A stretch of 64,000 nt of DNA. Source: Gracilinanus agilis. Taxonomy: Eukaryota. Numbering within the stretch: the stretch's first letter is position 1; the number at the start of each line of letters is the position of its first letter. A program made the position numbers and the translations under genes. Positions 36,206-48,288 of this stretch are shown here, piece after piece. The stretch covers positions 235,929,549-235,993,548 of the forward strand of contig NC_058135.1 in the NCBI RefSeq assembly GCF_016433145.1. Direction: 5' to 3'. The notes beneath the pieces were generated by a model. The model saw only the letters and a program-made list of their open reading frames with translations. It had not been told where the DNA came from and did not search any database.

Positions 36206-37034
36206 CTGTGATCTGAGCCCTTTAATGCCAAATCCATTACACTGTGCTTTGCTTCATCCCCATTTTGATTAGCATCCCATGAATCTGGTAGCTTCAGGGG
36301 GGAGCCTGGGAGCTGGGCTGGGAGGGAACCCTGGAACCGATCCACACTAGGGTTCCCTGGAGCCATGCCCCGAAGATGCTCACATATCCAAGTAATGGAC
36401 TTCTGGGATACAGAGGCAGCTAGCTAGTCTAAGTGAGAAAGAGCTTGGGCTTCCCCAAGGGCAAACGGTGAACTAGAGCCAGAATTAGGAAGCATGAACC
36501 TGGACTGCTAGACTGATGAGGTTTCATGTGGACCAATTCACCTCCCCCCACATCTCCTGGAGTTTGAGGAGGGTGCCCCATCCTAGCCCCTCACTCCCCA
36601 TTCCTACGGAGGAATGCCCAATGGGGCTGTTACTTGGAAGAGTTGTGGCACAATGCTGCCACCTTGTGGTCCCAAGGAAAAAAACCCTGATCTGCCCAGA
36701 GCATCCTCTGGCAGCCCCATGGGTCCCCTGGTCCTTATTTCCCCACCTTCCCTCCCCCATTTGTTAAAAAGTAAATTTATAAAGATAATAATCTGATACA
36801 TGGATAGAGTTCCTGCCTCAGCGTCAGGAAGAATTGAGTCCATATCGCACCTGTGACACATACTGGGTGTGTGACCCTGGGCATCCTTTCAGGAACCAAG
36901 ACACCTGTGGGACCCAGAATTAGCTGTTTTAGAGGAGATAGTTTCCCATATTGATTAAATCACAGATCTAGACTGCCCCCTAAAGCCTCTCTCCAATTCA
37001 TAATGTTGCTGGCTAGCTCACCCATGAAATGAAT

Positions 37035-37200
37035 TTTATTTTATTTTTTAAACCCTTCCCTTCCATCTTAGAATCAATATTGTGTATTGGTTCCAAGGCG
37101 GAAAAGTGCTAAGGGATAGGCAGTGGGGGTTAAGTGACTTGCCCAGGGTCACACAGCTAGGAAGTGTCTGAGGCCAGATTTGAACCTAGAACCTCCAGTT
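37035..37200 (-). mobile_element. SINE1_Mdo-like SINE
   Basis: aaacccttcccttccatcttagaatcaatattgtgtattgg...ccagatttgaacctag. Confidence 0.85.
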
Positions 37201-38278
37201 TGATATGAATTTTAAAAGAAAAATGAGGCATTTCTTTGGTTCCATCAAAGGAAATTCACAATACACAATGGGACTTTGGACCAAAACCCTCCCTTTTTAC
37301 TTTTACATTGTCCTCTGACTTTGTCTGGGTCCCCCAGGTCTTGGGATTGTCACTCTGGCTTTGGGTAATTAGGAAAAAGATCTATCAGTTCAAGAGGGTC
37401 CCTGAAATCCAGTCAGTGACAATCTCTGTTCCCAGGCTACCTGCCCAGTAATCCATGTCCCCATCCCTTACCTAACGGAGTGAGACCTCACAGCCATAAC
37501 TGGAAGGCAAGGAGAAGTTGTATCCTTTAGGGCTCCTGTTCTTCATTGAGCATTCTATGACTTCTGACTGTGAGCTCCCCCCACCCCCCAGGGCAGAGGC
37601 CATCTCTTCTTCATCTTTGCATCCCCTCAAACATTTAGTCCTAGGACTTTTACATAGTAGGTACTTAGAAAATGTTTTTGACAGACTGATCCTATTTGCC
37701 CTGGGTCTTGCCCTTGGCACACCTTGCCCTGCTTGAGTTACCATGAGAACCTTCAGCCAGAGGGATTAATAGCTCTCTTGTTCTCATGGAGACCAAAACC
37801 TAGGTGGTACCATGTGACAAAGCTGCTGTTGGCTAGGGGGGCTGGGGACTAGGACCAGGGGGCCTGAAGGCTTTGGCTTCCTGTGGGGGAGGAAGGGAGG
37901 TGATGGGGCACTAAAGCAGCAGTTGGTGATGGGACAGTGGTTCCTCTGGGTACCAGGGCAGTGATGGCTGTTGCCATGATGGGAAAGTAAGCTGTCTCCA
38001 TTCTGGCCTCTGCTGATTGACTTATAGAACTCAAGTGACAGGGGACCTTGGGTGTCAATGCCAACCCTAACTTTATTCACCTTAGAAGGTGACTGTCCTG
38101 GAGACAGAGTTCTCTACTTTCTTTGGGGCTGCCTAGAAGACCAGCCCTGGGTCAAGGAAGTCGGGCAGGCCCTCACCCCATGTCCCTGCCTATCTCTGGT
38201 TTTGCATTGGTATATGAATGAGAGTCTTGTTCTCAGGCGACGCTCCTGTGCTGTGGCGGCCACCCATCTCCAGGGCCA

Positions 38279-38346
38279 ATGGGAGCTCAGAATTCAAAGC
38301 AATACAGGAAACCGGGGCCTCTAAAACGGGGCCACCGGAGAGATGG
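38279..38346 (+). CDS. Candidate coding exon: MGAQNSKQYRKPGPLKRGHRRD plus 2 nt
   Basis: Local CpG cluster, ATGG start, open frame to donor TGG|GTAAGC. No homologue recognised. Confidence 0.3.
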
Positions 38347-39178
38347 GTAAGCATTGAATGGCCATACTTCCCCTTTGTCCCCTCCCCCAGGTCATGAGTG
38401 TTCTGTGACCCACTTAGGGCCCATAGCTCCCAGGATCCAAATCCCGGTGGGTTTTCAAGGCTCAGAATCTCCCATTAGTATCATTACACTCCATCAACTC
38501 CAGAGTCAGAGGGCCCTCTCCTGAGCCTTTGGTCCTGAACCTTTATGATTTTCCAGAGTCCACTACTCTGCTTCCCTAGAGCTTTCTCTCTAATTCATAC
38601 CCAGGCTTTGACCCTCACAACCATTTTCCCCTCTTCCCCTCTCCTCCAACTACTCTTGAGATATGGGTTGGCCCTTCCTAACCATGAACTTGAGGGGAGG
38701 TAATGAGGGAGGACTTGTTTCTTAAAGCAGGGAAAGAGAATATTCCCTTGTAGGTCTGCTAGACATTCCAATGCCCCCCAGCTTCCCTGTGGTCCTGGCT
38801 GTCCCTTTTGTTCCGTGGGCCCCTCCCACCTGTGCACATTATACCACCTCCCCTTGCCCTGGGCTCTACCCATTCCTTCTCATCATCATCACCATCATTG
38901 TCATTGATTGCCTAGAGCCTTCTTCTTGGTCCTCTCTGCTGTTTCAAGCATATAGGCCTAGATCCCATGTGTCCCTGCCCTTAAGAATCTCATTGTCCAA
39001 GACAGACATCCCTCTCCACTTCTTCCAGCCATTGCAAACCCATGGACACTTGAATAAAGCCATTAGGGAAGTGAATTAATCTGTCCTAGATAGACTGGTA
39101 GCTTGGGGTGGCAGAGTAAAAGGGGCAGCAAGAGTAGAAAGGTGCCAAGGGGAATTCACCCCTTCTTTTCCCCTCCAG

Positions 39179-39232
39179 GAAAGCTACGAGGAGGAGGAGG
39201 AAGTTCAGGAATGAAGGAAGGGAGACGGTCAG
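39179..39232 (+). CDS. Candidate 54-nt internal exon; in phase 2 reads (G)KATRRRRKFRNEGRETV
   Basis: Branch-like TTCAC, tract ccccttcttttcccctc, CAG acceptor, donor CAG|GTGAGC. Length divisible by 3; GAA/GAG-rich. Confidence 0.4.
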
Positions 39233-40774
39233 GTGAGCTGGCCGGGGAAGAGTGTGGCCAAGCAGAGGAAGAAGGCCTGCCTGAAGGGGAGCATGGGACC
39301 TGGGGAAGGAGATGCTGGCCCAGTGAACAAGAGAGGCCTGGAGGGACCAGGCAGGCAGCAGAAGGTCTTGGAGGTGGAGAATCAGGCTGTTCCAGAGGAT
39401 GATGGGAAGGCAAATTAGAGCTCTGAGGGTGGGGGTCAGGGGAAGAGCATGATGGGAGATCAGATCTTAAAGCAACAGGTAGAAATGGCAGTGATTGAAG
39501 CCATTGCTCATAAGAGGGGTCCAAGCCCCCCCCCCCAGCCCTCTCTCCTGCATGAAGCATTGGTTGGTGTTTGAGAGATGATAATGAGGAGCCCAGAGTC
39601 CTAAGGTAGAGATCCTGACTTGGACTCCCTGTGTGACCTGGGACAGATGACCCCCCTCACCTGGGATGCAGAGTCAGACAGTGAGGGAAGAGCCCACTTG
39701 GAGTCTCAGGTCCTATTCTGGGGATCCTTTAAAAAGAGACACATTGACAATCTCAAGTGTGTTCAGAGGAAGGAGCCTGGTATGGTGAAGGCTTGAAGAG
39801 TGAGCCCATGAGGACTGGTTGAAGGCACTGTCGACATTTAGCCTGGACAAGAGTTGGGAGGATGTGATTGCTGTCTTCAGGTATTTGAAGGTTGGTGTGT
39901 GGAGAGGGCTTAGACTTGTTTTGGCTTGTCTTACACAAGGAGAGGCAGATTTTTAAGGGTTGATGTTAGAAAGGGCATAAAGGCCAGTGGCCTGGCTCAG
40001 GAGACAGTGAGTCTCCCAGCGCTGGAGGTGTTCAAGCATCTACCTTTCTGCCTGGAACATAGTAGGTGCTCAAAAATGCTTACTAATTGATTGATTGTTT
40101 CAAGTTGAGTCTGGAATGACCATTTGTTGGAGATATTGTTGAAGGCACTCTTGCCCACAATGGGCAGTTGATGCCCTCTGACTCTGATCTGGTTCCAGGA
40201 CTTTCTGATTTGGGCTCTGCCCTTTTGGACAGCTCTGCTTTACAAGAGTACTTCCCCCCTCCTCCCCCAAAACAGGTTTGTCTGTTTTGCTTTAATTTTG
40301 CTAACCTTGCGAGTTGATCTCAGTTGCAGCCATAGCCCTGAGGAAGGTGTCTAGCTGGGAGCTTCCATACCCAGCTCATCCTAAGTGTGCTCTTTAGCCC
40401 TGGCCCTTTTTCTTCTTCCATTCTCAAACAGCTGACTGTGTGACCACTAGTTATCAGGCAGAAATAGCCTCCCCCACCCCATTTCTTCCAGGGGTGTCTT
40501 GGAGCTAAGGGGAAGAGATGAATAGGTTGTCTCTGCCTAACCTGACTGTGTCCTGAGTAAAGAAGGTCAAGGACATCTTCAGCTGCAGAGGGGCTGACAG
40601 ATTCTGGAATCTTTTTGGGAGGTCAGTGAGCCAGGCTGACTCCATGGAATTTTGTCTCCTTAGGTCCTCCTCTTCTTTGACTCTCTTAAAATAAAAAATT
40701 CTAATGTCAGGAACTCAAGTCAGTCAAGGTCACAGCATTTGGAGTTGAACGGGGCCATAAAGATCCTCTAGTCT

Positions 40775-41660
40775 AAGAGTAATCTTTTTTGTATCGAGAG
40801 CCCTTTGGGTAGTCTGGGGAAACCTATGGAGTCCCTTCTCAGAATGATGTTTTTATTTTATTTTTATTTTTTAAATTGTATTATTTATTTTTTAAAACTT
40901 TGAGTTCCAAATTCTCACACACACACATTGAGAATGCAAGCAAATATTATATCACTCATATATGTGAAGTAATAATGCAAAACATATTTCCATATTAACT
41001 ATGTTGGTGAAAAAAGCAAGAAAAACAAAGTTTAAAAAATATGCTACAGTCTGCACTCTTGAGTTCACCAGCTCTCTCTGTGGAGGTGGATAGCATTTTT
41101 CATTAGGATCCTTTGGAATGACTTGCATCATTGTATTAATCAAAGTAGCTAAGTCTTTCATAGTTGATCATCTCTACAATATTGTTGTTATTGTATACAA
41201 TGTTTTGGTTCTAATCACACTTCCCTTTGCATCAGTTCATGTAACTCTTCCCAAGTTTTTCTGAAACCATCCTGCTTATCATTTCTTTCTTTCTTTTTTT
41301 TAAACCCTTACCTTCTATCTTAGAATTGATACAACATCAGTTCCAAGGCAGAAGAGTAGTAAAGGCTAGACAATTGGGGTTAAGTACCTTGCCCAGGGTC
41401 ACACAGCTAAGAAGTGTCTGAGGCTGGATTTGAACTCAGATCCTCCTGACTCCAAGTCTGGTACTCTCTCCACTGAGCTACCTAGTGGCTCCACTCATCA
41501 CTTCATACACCGCAGAAGTTTAGAATCATGTTTTTAAGTCATTTGAAGGGAATGCTAAGTTTCATTTAGAAGGTTAGCGAAAATAAAGATATAATTTTTC
41601 CTCATGCAAGTTCATAGATTTCCTGAAATCTATTCACAGACCCCAGGTTATAAGCCCTCG
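40775..41660 (+). mobile_element. Charlie4-like hAT MITE split by an antisense L1 fragment (about 40860-41508) that itself holds a SINE (41285-41492)
   Basis: ccctttgggtagtctgggaaacctatgg..cccttctcagaatgatgtttt head; cacagaccccaggttataagccc tail. Confidence 0.7.
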
Positions 41661-41684
41661 ATTTAGTCCAGACTCTTCATTTTT

Positions 41685-41868
41685 TTTATTTTAAACCCTT
41701 AACTTCTGTGTATTGACTTATAGGTGGAAGATTGGTAAGGGTAGGCAATGGGGGTCAAGTGACTTGCCCAGGGTCACACAGCTGGGAAGTGTCTGAGGCC
41801 GGATTTGAACCTAGGACCTCCTGTCTCTAAGCCTGGCTCTCAATCCACTGAGCTACCCAGCTGCCCCC
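41685..41868 (-). mobile_element. Young SINE1_Mdo-like SINE with TSD AGACTCTTCATTTTT
   Basis: TSD at 41670-41684 and 41871-41885; inserted in a MIR. Confidence 0.9.
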
Positions 41869-43689
41869 TAAGACTCTTCATTTTTATAGATCAAGAACTG
41901 AGACCCAGAGACTTGCCTAAGATTGCACAAGTGATAAGGGTTGGATCCAGGATTTGGACCTGGTGTCTCTGACTCCAAATATAGCACTTTCCCCCTCTAT
42001 TCCATGCTGCTGCTGCTATGGGCGGGAGCATTGGTGCTTCCTCCTGTGTGCTCATTTAATCAGGCCATGATGGGGTGGTGGGTTGTTGGGGAGGGTGGTG
42101 TTTTCTCCTCCAAAAGGCTCCTGAGCTGAGAAAGGACTCACAGAGTGAGGAAACGGAGATCTCTGTGTTTGAGGGTGGCTGAGGCTGGAATGCTTTTTTC
42201 AGAGCTTCTCTGCCAGAGTGTGCTTGAGTCCAGTGTTAGCCTGAGAATCATGAGCTGCCCTGGTAACAGCTTTAATGAACCAGAGATGGACCTAAAGAGC
42301 CTTTGATTAGTAGAGAGAATGAATCCTGTACCTCTTGAGTCCAGGAGAAAGAAACATTAGGGAGCACCAATGAGTCCTCTCCCTGATCCTGGCTATACAC
42401 TATATAGCTTTCTTGGTGCAAAAGTTCTCTCCTGCCGTGACCTGCTTCTTAGGCTTATGGCATCAGGACCAGAAGGGATGTTAGAGAACAACCAGTCGAG
42501 TCCAACGCCTTCTTTTATATGGGCAGAGACAGATTAGAAGAAGAGATATGATTTACTCCAGGTCAGATGGATGTTGGACCCAGGCTTCAAACCCTTGACT
42601 CAGTCCATGGTTTGTCCCCTTTAACCATCATCCTTCTGAAACCAGGACAGTAGCTGATCAGGGATAGCTTGATTGGATGGCAATTTTTTCCCATGAAAGC
42701 TGATATCATGGCAAATTGGAAAATTGGGTTTGAATCCAAATGTGGTCACTTGCTAGCTGTGTTCAGGACCTTGAACAAGTCACAACCATTAGAACTTCAG
42801 TTTCCCCACATGTAAAATGAAGGTGAATAATATACCAACCTCACATAGCTTTTAAAAATCCCTTTGTAAACTAAAGAACCCTAGTAAGGCAAAATATTCT
42901 TATTATTTTCTTTGTTATTGTAATTATTTCTAGCTGTTTCTACCTTCATGCCCACTGAGTCTTTCATAGGACCTTGTCCTTTGCTAGTGTTGGAGGAATA
43001 TTAATTGATAGACAGATGATGTGCTTTGGGTCCCTAAAGATTCAGATTTTTGATGCCAGGCATCTGGGATTGTCTGAACCAGGATGTGTGTGAAAAACAG
43101 TCTGAAGGGCGAGTAGGCAGGCAGGCAGGGACAGAGATAGTTGGGAAAGTCTTAGATACACACACAGAGAAAGACAGATATAGAGAAGCAGTATGAGATA
43201 GAGAGATGGAGACAGGGAGATAGTCTGAGATAATATTTAGAGTTAGAGAGACAGTCTGAGATCTAGAAACAGACAGGGAGAGACATTATTAGGAAATATG
43301 TCAGTATTTTTTCTGGGATTGTCATTTTTGTGGTGTTGCATTTGATTCTCTCCATACTCATTCTGATTTTGCTGATATTTTCCTCTCCTAAGGAGAAGAG
43401 TCTTTGAACTGAAAAGGACAAAGCAGAAATTTAGGGACACAATACCCAAGTGAAGCTGCTTTTGATGAAACCAAGGCTTCTGGCCTGATTGAACTCTTTC
43501 CCTGGGAATAGCCAGTGGGAGTGAAAGTTGAAAAACCACTGAGAACATGGGAAGTATTGTGGGACTGTAAGAGAGCAAAAGTTTGGTTGATTTAAAAAAA
43601 AAGAGGAGAATAAAATACAAACTGTAAGTTTCTGAACAGAATTCTAGAACCTAAATTCTCTAAAATCCTTAAGGTACTTAGTGAACACC

Positions 43690-44960
43690 TCAAAAAGGAA
43701 GCAGTGAGCAGGCTTCTTTAAGGGTAGGCTAGGATAAACTAACCGCATTTCCTTTTTTAACTGGATTTCTAAACTGTTAGATCAAGGCAGCTATGGGTAG
43801 AGGGCAGGCAGAGTGCTCAGATCTTGGGCCTGGAGTCAGGAAGTTCTGAGTTCAAATTTTGCCTCAGACAAGTATTAGCTATGTGACCTTGAGCATATCA
43901 CTTAACCATTGCCTACCTCAGTTTGTTCATCTGTAAAATGGGGATAATAATAGCACCCACCATCCAGGGTTATAGGAAGGAACAAATGAGATGATATTTG
44001 TGAAGTGCTTTGTGTACTTTACAGTGTTATATAAATATAAACAATTATTATGCTTGCTCTCAAGGGAATACTGTAGGCAATGTTGTATCTCATGCTAATC
44101 TTGTGAAAAAGATGGAGAAACATGGGCACAGTGGTAGATGAATTTTGACTCAGTTGAATGGCTGAATGGCTGGACTTAAAGAGTCAGCGTTTTTGTATCC
44201 TTGTCGTATTGGAAGGAGGTCTTGAGTGGAGCATCTCAGGTAGCTGTGCTAACCTTGTTGCATTTAATGGGCCCATCAGTGGCTTGTATAAAGGCATAGA
44301 TGAGGTATGTTTATGAAATTTCCAATTGCCAAAAACTTCCAGGAAGGATAGCTAACACATTGGGTGATGGGCTAGAATTGTGGGATGAATCTAACTAGAT
44401 GAAATTTTAATTTAACTGGAACAAATATAAAATTAATTGTAAAATTAGCATAAATTAGTTACACAATTATTTATACCCTTATTTTCTATTAAATACATAT
44501 TTATATTTAATTATTTAAATTAATGTAAAAAGGAAGGGTGAAGTCTTTGGGTTGGAGTTGGCTTCACATATACAGAATGGGGAGGCTTGATTACACAGGA
44601 TTTTGTCTGAAAAAAAGACCAGGGGGTGGAGTTTAGTAGATCTCAAGTACCCTGTGAATCAACAGAATGATGCGGTCACCCAGAAAGCTATTGTGATCTT
44701 GTATCAGTTTCGCCAATGGAGACTTTCCTTCCAGAAATAAGGAGGTGATCCCTCTGCTCTGCCCTTGACAGACCACTTCTGTCTGGAGTGTTGTGTTCAC
44801 TTCTGGTCATGCCTTTAGGATGGACATTGGTAAGATGAAGCATATCTCGAGGAGGGCAAATAGACTGGGGATAGGACTAGAAACTCTGAAGACTAGATAA
44901 AGGAATTGGAGGAAATGTCTTCAAGTGTTTGAGGTGTAGGCATGAAGAGGCATTAGACTT
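43690..44960 (+). mobile_element. L3/CR1 ORF2-derived fragments with a nested MIR (about 43800-44040)
   Basis: tagatcaagg, cttgtgaaaaagatggagaaacatggg, tagctaacacattgggtgat, caccagaaagcta, atggacattggtaagatg. Confidence 0.7.
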
Positions 44961-45460
44961 GGTTTGGCTCAATGAATAGATAGTATGCTTAGTGCTGATA
45001 ATTCAAAAGATGGAAAAAAATAGATACCTTACTCCCAAAGAGATTACAAGTTTTCTTGACTTGCCCACTCAGGAGCTTTTCCCACTGAGTCAGTCTCTCA
45101 AAAAAAGAAAGGAAGGAAGGAAGAAAAAGAAAAGAAAATGCATTTTGCTGGGGAAGTAAAAGGGAGAGAACCAGGGTAGCAAAAGCTCTATCACTAATAC
45201 CGACATTTGTCAATGATTTGGGAAGAGTCATTCTTGTGATAGGTTGCTTGGATAAGATTCATACCTATTAAGATCTAGGATGTTGCTTTCATGACTCTTT
45301 AAACTTATAGAGAGACTATGTTATCTCCCCAAGTTGGATGAATGAGCTTCGTTTGAGGTTTGAGAGCCAGCTTGCCTTCAGGCCTCTTAAGTGAAGTACA
45401 AGGAAGAGCAGGTTACAGGTGGTGGTTGTTCTCATTTCTCTTAGCCTCTGTTTCCCACCA

Positions 45461-45465
<5 letters not shown>

Positions 45466-45511
<46 letters not shown>

Positions 45512-45560
45512 CTGTCTCTGTCTCTCTTCCCCCTCTCCCCACTCTCTCTGTCTCCCCTTC
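45466..45560 (+). repeat. (CT)n microsatellite
   Basis: Read directly. Confidence 0.95.
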
Positions 45561-45589
45561 TGTCTNTTTTTTATCTTTTTAACTTAGGA

Positions 45590-45795
45590 TTTTGGCTTTT
45601 ATATGTTGGTATTTTGTTACAAAAATGACAAATATGGAAGTATGTTTTGCATGATAATACACATATAATGCTGATTAAATTGCTTACTATGCCCAAAAAG
45701 GGAAAGGAGAGAGATAAAGGGAAACAATTTGGATCATATAACTTCAAAAAATGTGTGTTGAAAATTATTATTATGTGTAATTGGGAAAATAAACT
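45590..45795 (+). mobile_element. L1 3' tip
   Basis: aatatggaagtatgttttgcatg...aaattgctt...tgtaattgggaaaataaa. Confidence 0.65.
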
Positions 45796-45959
45796 ATCTT
45801 AATTCTTTTAAAAAGAATGCTTATTGTAATGAACTTATTTTGGGATTCTAGTTTCTAATTTATTCTTCTATCTGCTTTCATTTTATGGGGCAACTTGGAA
45901 AATTCACATTTAGACTCATGATTACTAACTCTGCATTTCCCTCCATCCCATTTTCTTCC

Positions 45960-45963
<4 letters not shown>

Positions 45964-46016
<53 letters not shown>
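45964..46016 (+). repeat. (CT)n microsatellite
   Basis: Read directly. Confidence 0.95.
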
Positions 46017-46017
<1 letters not shown>

Positions 46018-48242
46018 GTTTCTGGGCCTGACCCCAGCCCAACTCTATACCTTCCATTTTGGAAATTCTCTTTCATACAGCCTTGGATGGGCTGCTTCTG
46101 GTAGCTGCTGCAGCTGCCATCTCTGATTATGAGATAAATTGGGTACATAAATTGGCGTACTTTCAAGTCTCACCTCTTGTATCTCAAGGGAAATCAGAGG
46201 GTAAGGCAAATGAAGATCAAAGCTCCCTGCAGCCCGAGACGAGGACGTCATTGCAACTCAGGCACAGGCAGGGACACGCTCTGCACCAGCAGGAGAGCAG
46301 CCCCTAATTGGGAACTGGGAGTCTGGGACTGGCAGAGTATGTGTTACCCCATGTGGCTGCATCCCTAATAACAGCTCCCATTTATCTAGTGTTTTGCAGT
46401 TTACAGACATCTCTGGGAGGATGGCTAGTCTCAGTTTTCATGGCAAAATAGGGCAGATGAGGAAACTGAGGGCCAGATCAGAGTAGGAACTTGCCTAATG
46501 ATCTGTAGCAAGTGAGTGGCAGAGATGGGACTTGATTTAGGCCTCCTCATTATAAGTTTGTGGTTCTGTCATTATATTATATATGTATGTCATATTTCTT
46601 GTACCAAGAATTGAAAGTCAGGTGCATTGGGGAAGGGTTGCCCTACTGGCCAGAACTGGTCCATTCAACAACATTGGGAAGTCAAAGAAATTGGTCTTTG
46701 ATGCCTTCTACTCTCCCCTCTCAGTAGCCTTGTCCTATATCAGACCTATGGCCATCATGTTGCCCAACTTATCCTATCCAATCCAGTTGATTCATTCAGA
46801 CTCTAGTGTTAGGGATCTTTTTTCTCCCTCTCAGGGGTATCTGCTCTTTAAAATCTGAATTTGAGGTGGGTAGAACTTATATTCAAAGAAATATATTGTT
46901 AACAGTAGAACTTTAGTGCTAGTAGAAAATAATTGGGGAGGTATTTTGTGTATGTTATGTATGGAGGAAGATTTGTGACCACCAGCTCTGCTGTTGGCCC
47001 ATTCCTGGCTTGTCTTCTAGGCCCCAGGGCTTGCTTCATCCCTAGCTGGTATGTTCCCACAAGATAAGTCCTCCAGTTTATTTCTGACTTAGAGACACTG
47101 GGAAGGGAACCCTGGAAAGAGCATGAAATTCTCTTGTGGGGATATTCCGCTTGGTTTGAGGTAGTCTTGTTGGGGGGCATTGTGGGATGGTGAACCTCCT
47201 AGTCCCAGTCCTGATTATTGATACTGGAGCCCTTTCTTATTTGGGTCTCTACCATAGGTTTGATGCAGGAAGCTACCTAGGAACAGCTCAATATCCTAAA
47301 TTATTTCAGGAAGTCCCTTTTAGGCCAAGAATTCTACACTTCCTGGTTCAGGAAGGTCTGTCCCAACTTCCATGCCACCCTAAAGGTCCCTGAGGAGAAA
47401 TGTTTCAGCACCTTGGATAGGGCTCAGCCATTCCCTGGGTGCTGCATCCACCTCAGAGTGTGTTTCTTATTCTGCAGCTGCCCTGTTAGAACTGCATGAC
47501 TGTTATTTAGGCTACTGTGGAGGGACAGAGGCCATCATATCCTTCCCCTTTCCCATGGCCAGTACTGGCCTTTTGTCAGCCCAGTTCTATGTGACCGGCA
47601 TAGAACCATTGGATTTTAAGATTGGAAGAGGACTTGAGAAGTCATCCAAACCAATCTTCTATCATCTGCAGTAGTCTTTTCAATCACAGTCCTGGCACGA
47701 CATATTGAACTGCCACTCTCTTGAGGACATCCAGTGATGGAGAACTAGCTTGCTACCCAAGCTAAAGTTTGCCTTTATGTAACTTTTCCTTATCATTTGT
47801 AGTTCTGCCTTCTGGAACCCAACAGAATAAATCTACCCAAGTCTCTTGGTTCCCAATTTGGGACTCTCATCTTCAATAGAAACCGGTTCCTTAGGTGACT
47901 AGAGGCATTGGATTTAAAGCTGGAAGGAACCTTAGGAATCGTATAGTTCAACCCCTTTAAATCACAGATGGGGAGATTGAGGCTCATAGGCAGGCCAGGT
48001 TGGGAAGGAGGAAGGGAGAGGGCAGGCATTCTGATATGTAGAAAAATACAGAGACCTGAAAGAGAGAAGCTGGGTGTGTTAGGGCACATGTTTACAAACT
48101 GGTTAATTCAACTTCAGCCAAGTGTCATGAACCAGGTTAGATCTGTGCTGCTTCTGGTCTCCTCAGCCTATACATAACTGGGTCAGTTCTCCCTGGATCT
48201 TTTCTGTGTAGCTCATTATATACTATTCTCTACTGAGTGGCT

Positions 48243-48288
48243 GTGGTGGTGAGGTGGTAGTGGTGGTGGTGGTGGTGGTGGTGATGGT
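48243..48288 (+). repeat. (GGT)n microsatellite
   Basis: Read directly. Confidence 0.9.

Noticed and set aside
47557-47606. 14-bp palindrome GGCCAGTACTGGCC and an 8-bp hairpin (also an 8-bp hairpin at 5521-5541)
   Set aside because: About 4 perfect 14-bp palindromes are expected by chance in 64 kb (64000/4^7), and the stems are too short for a pre-miRNA.
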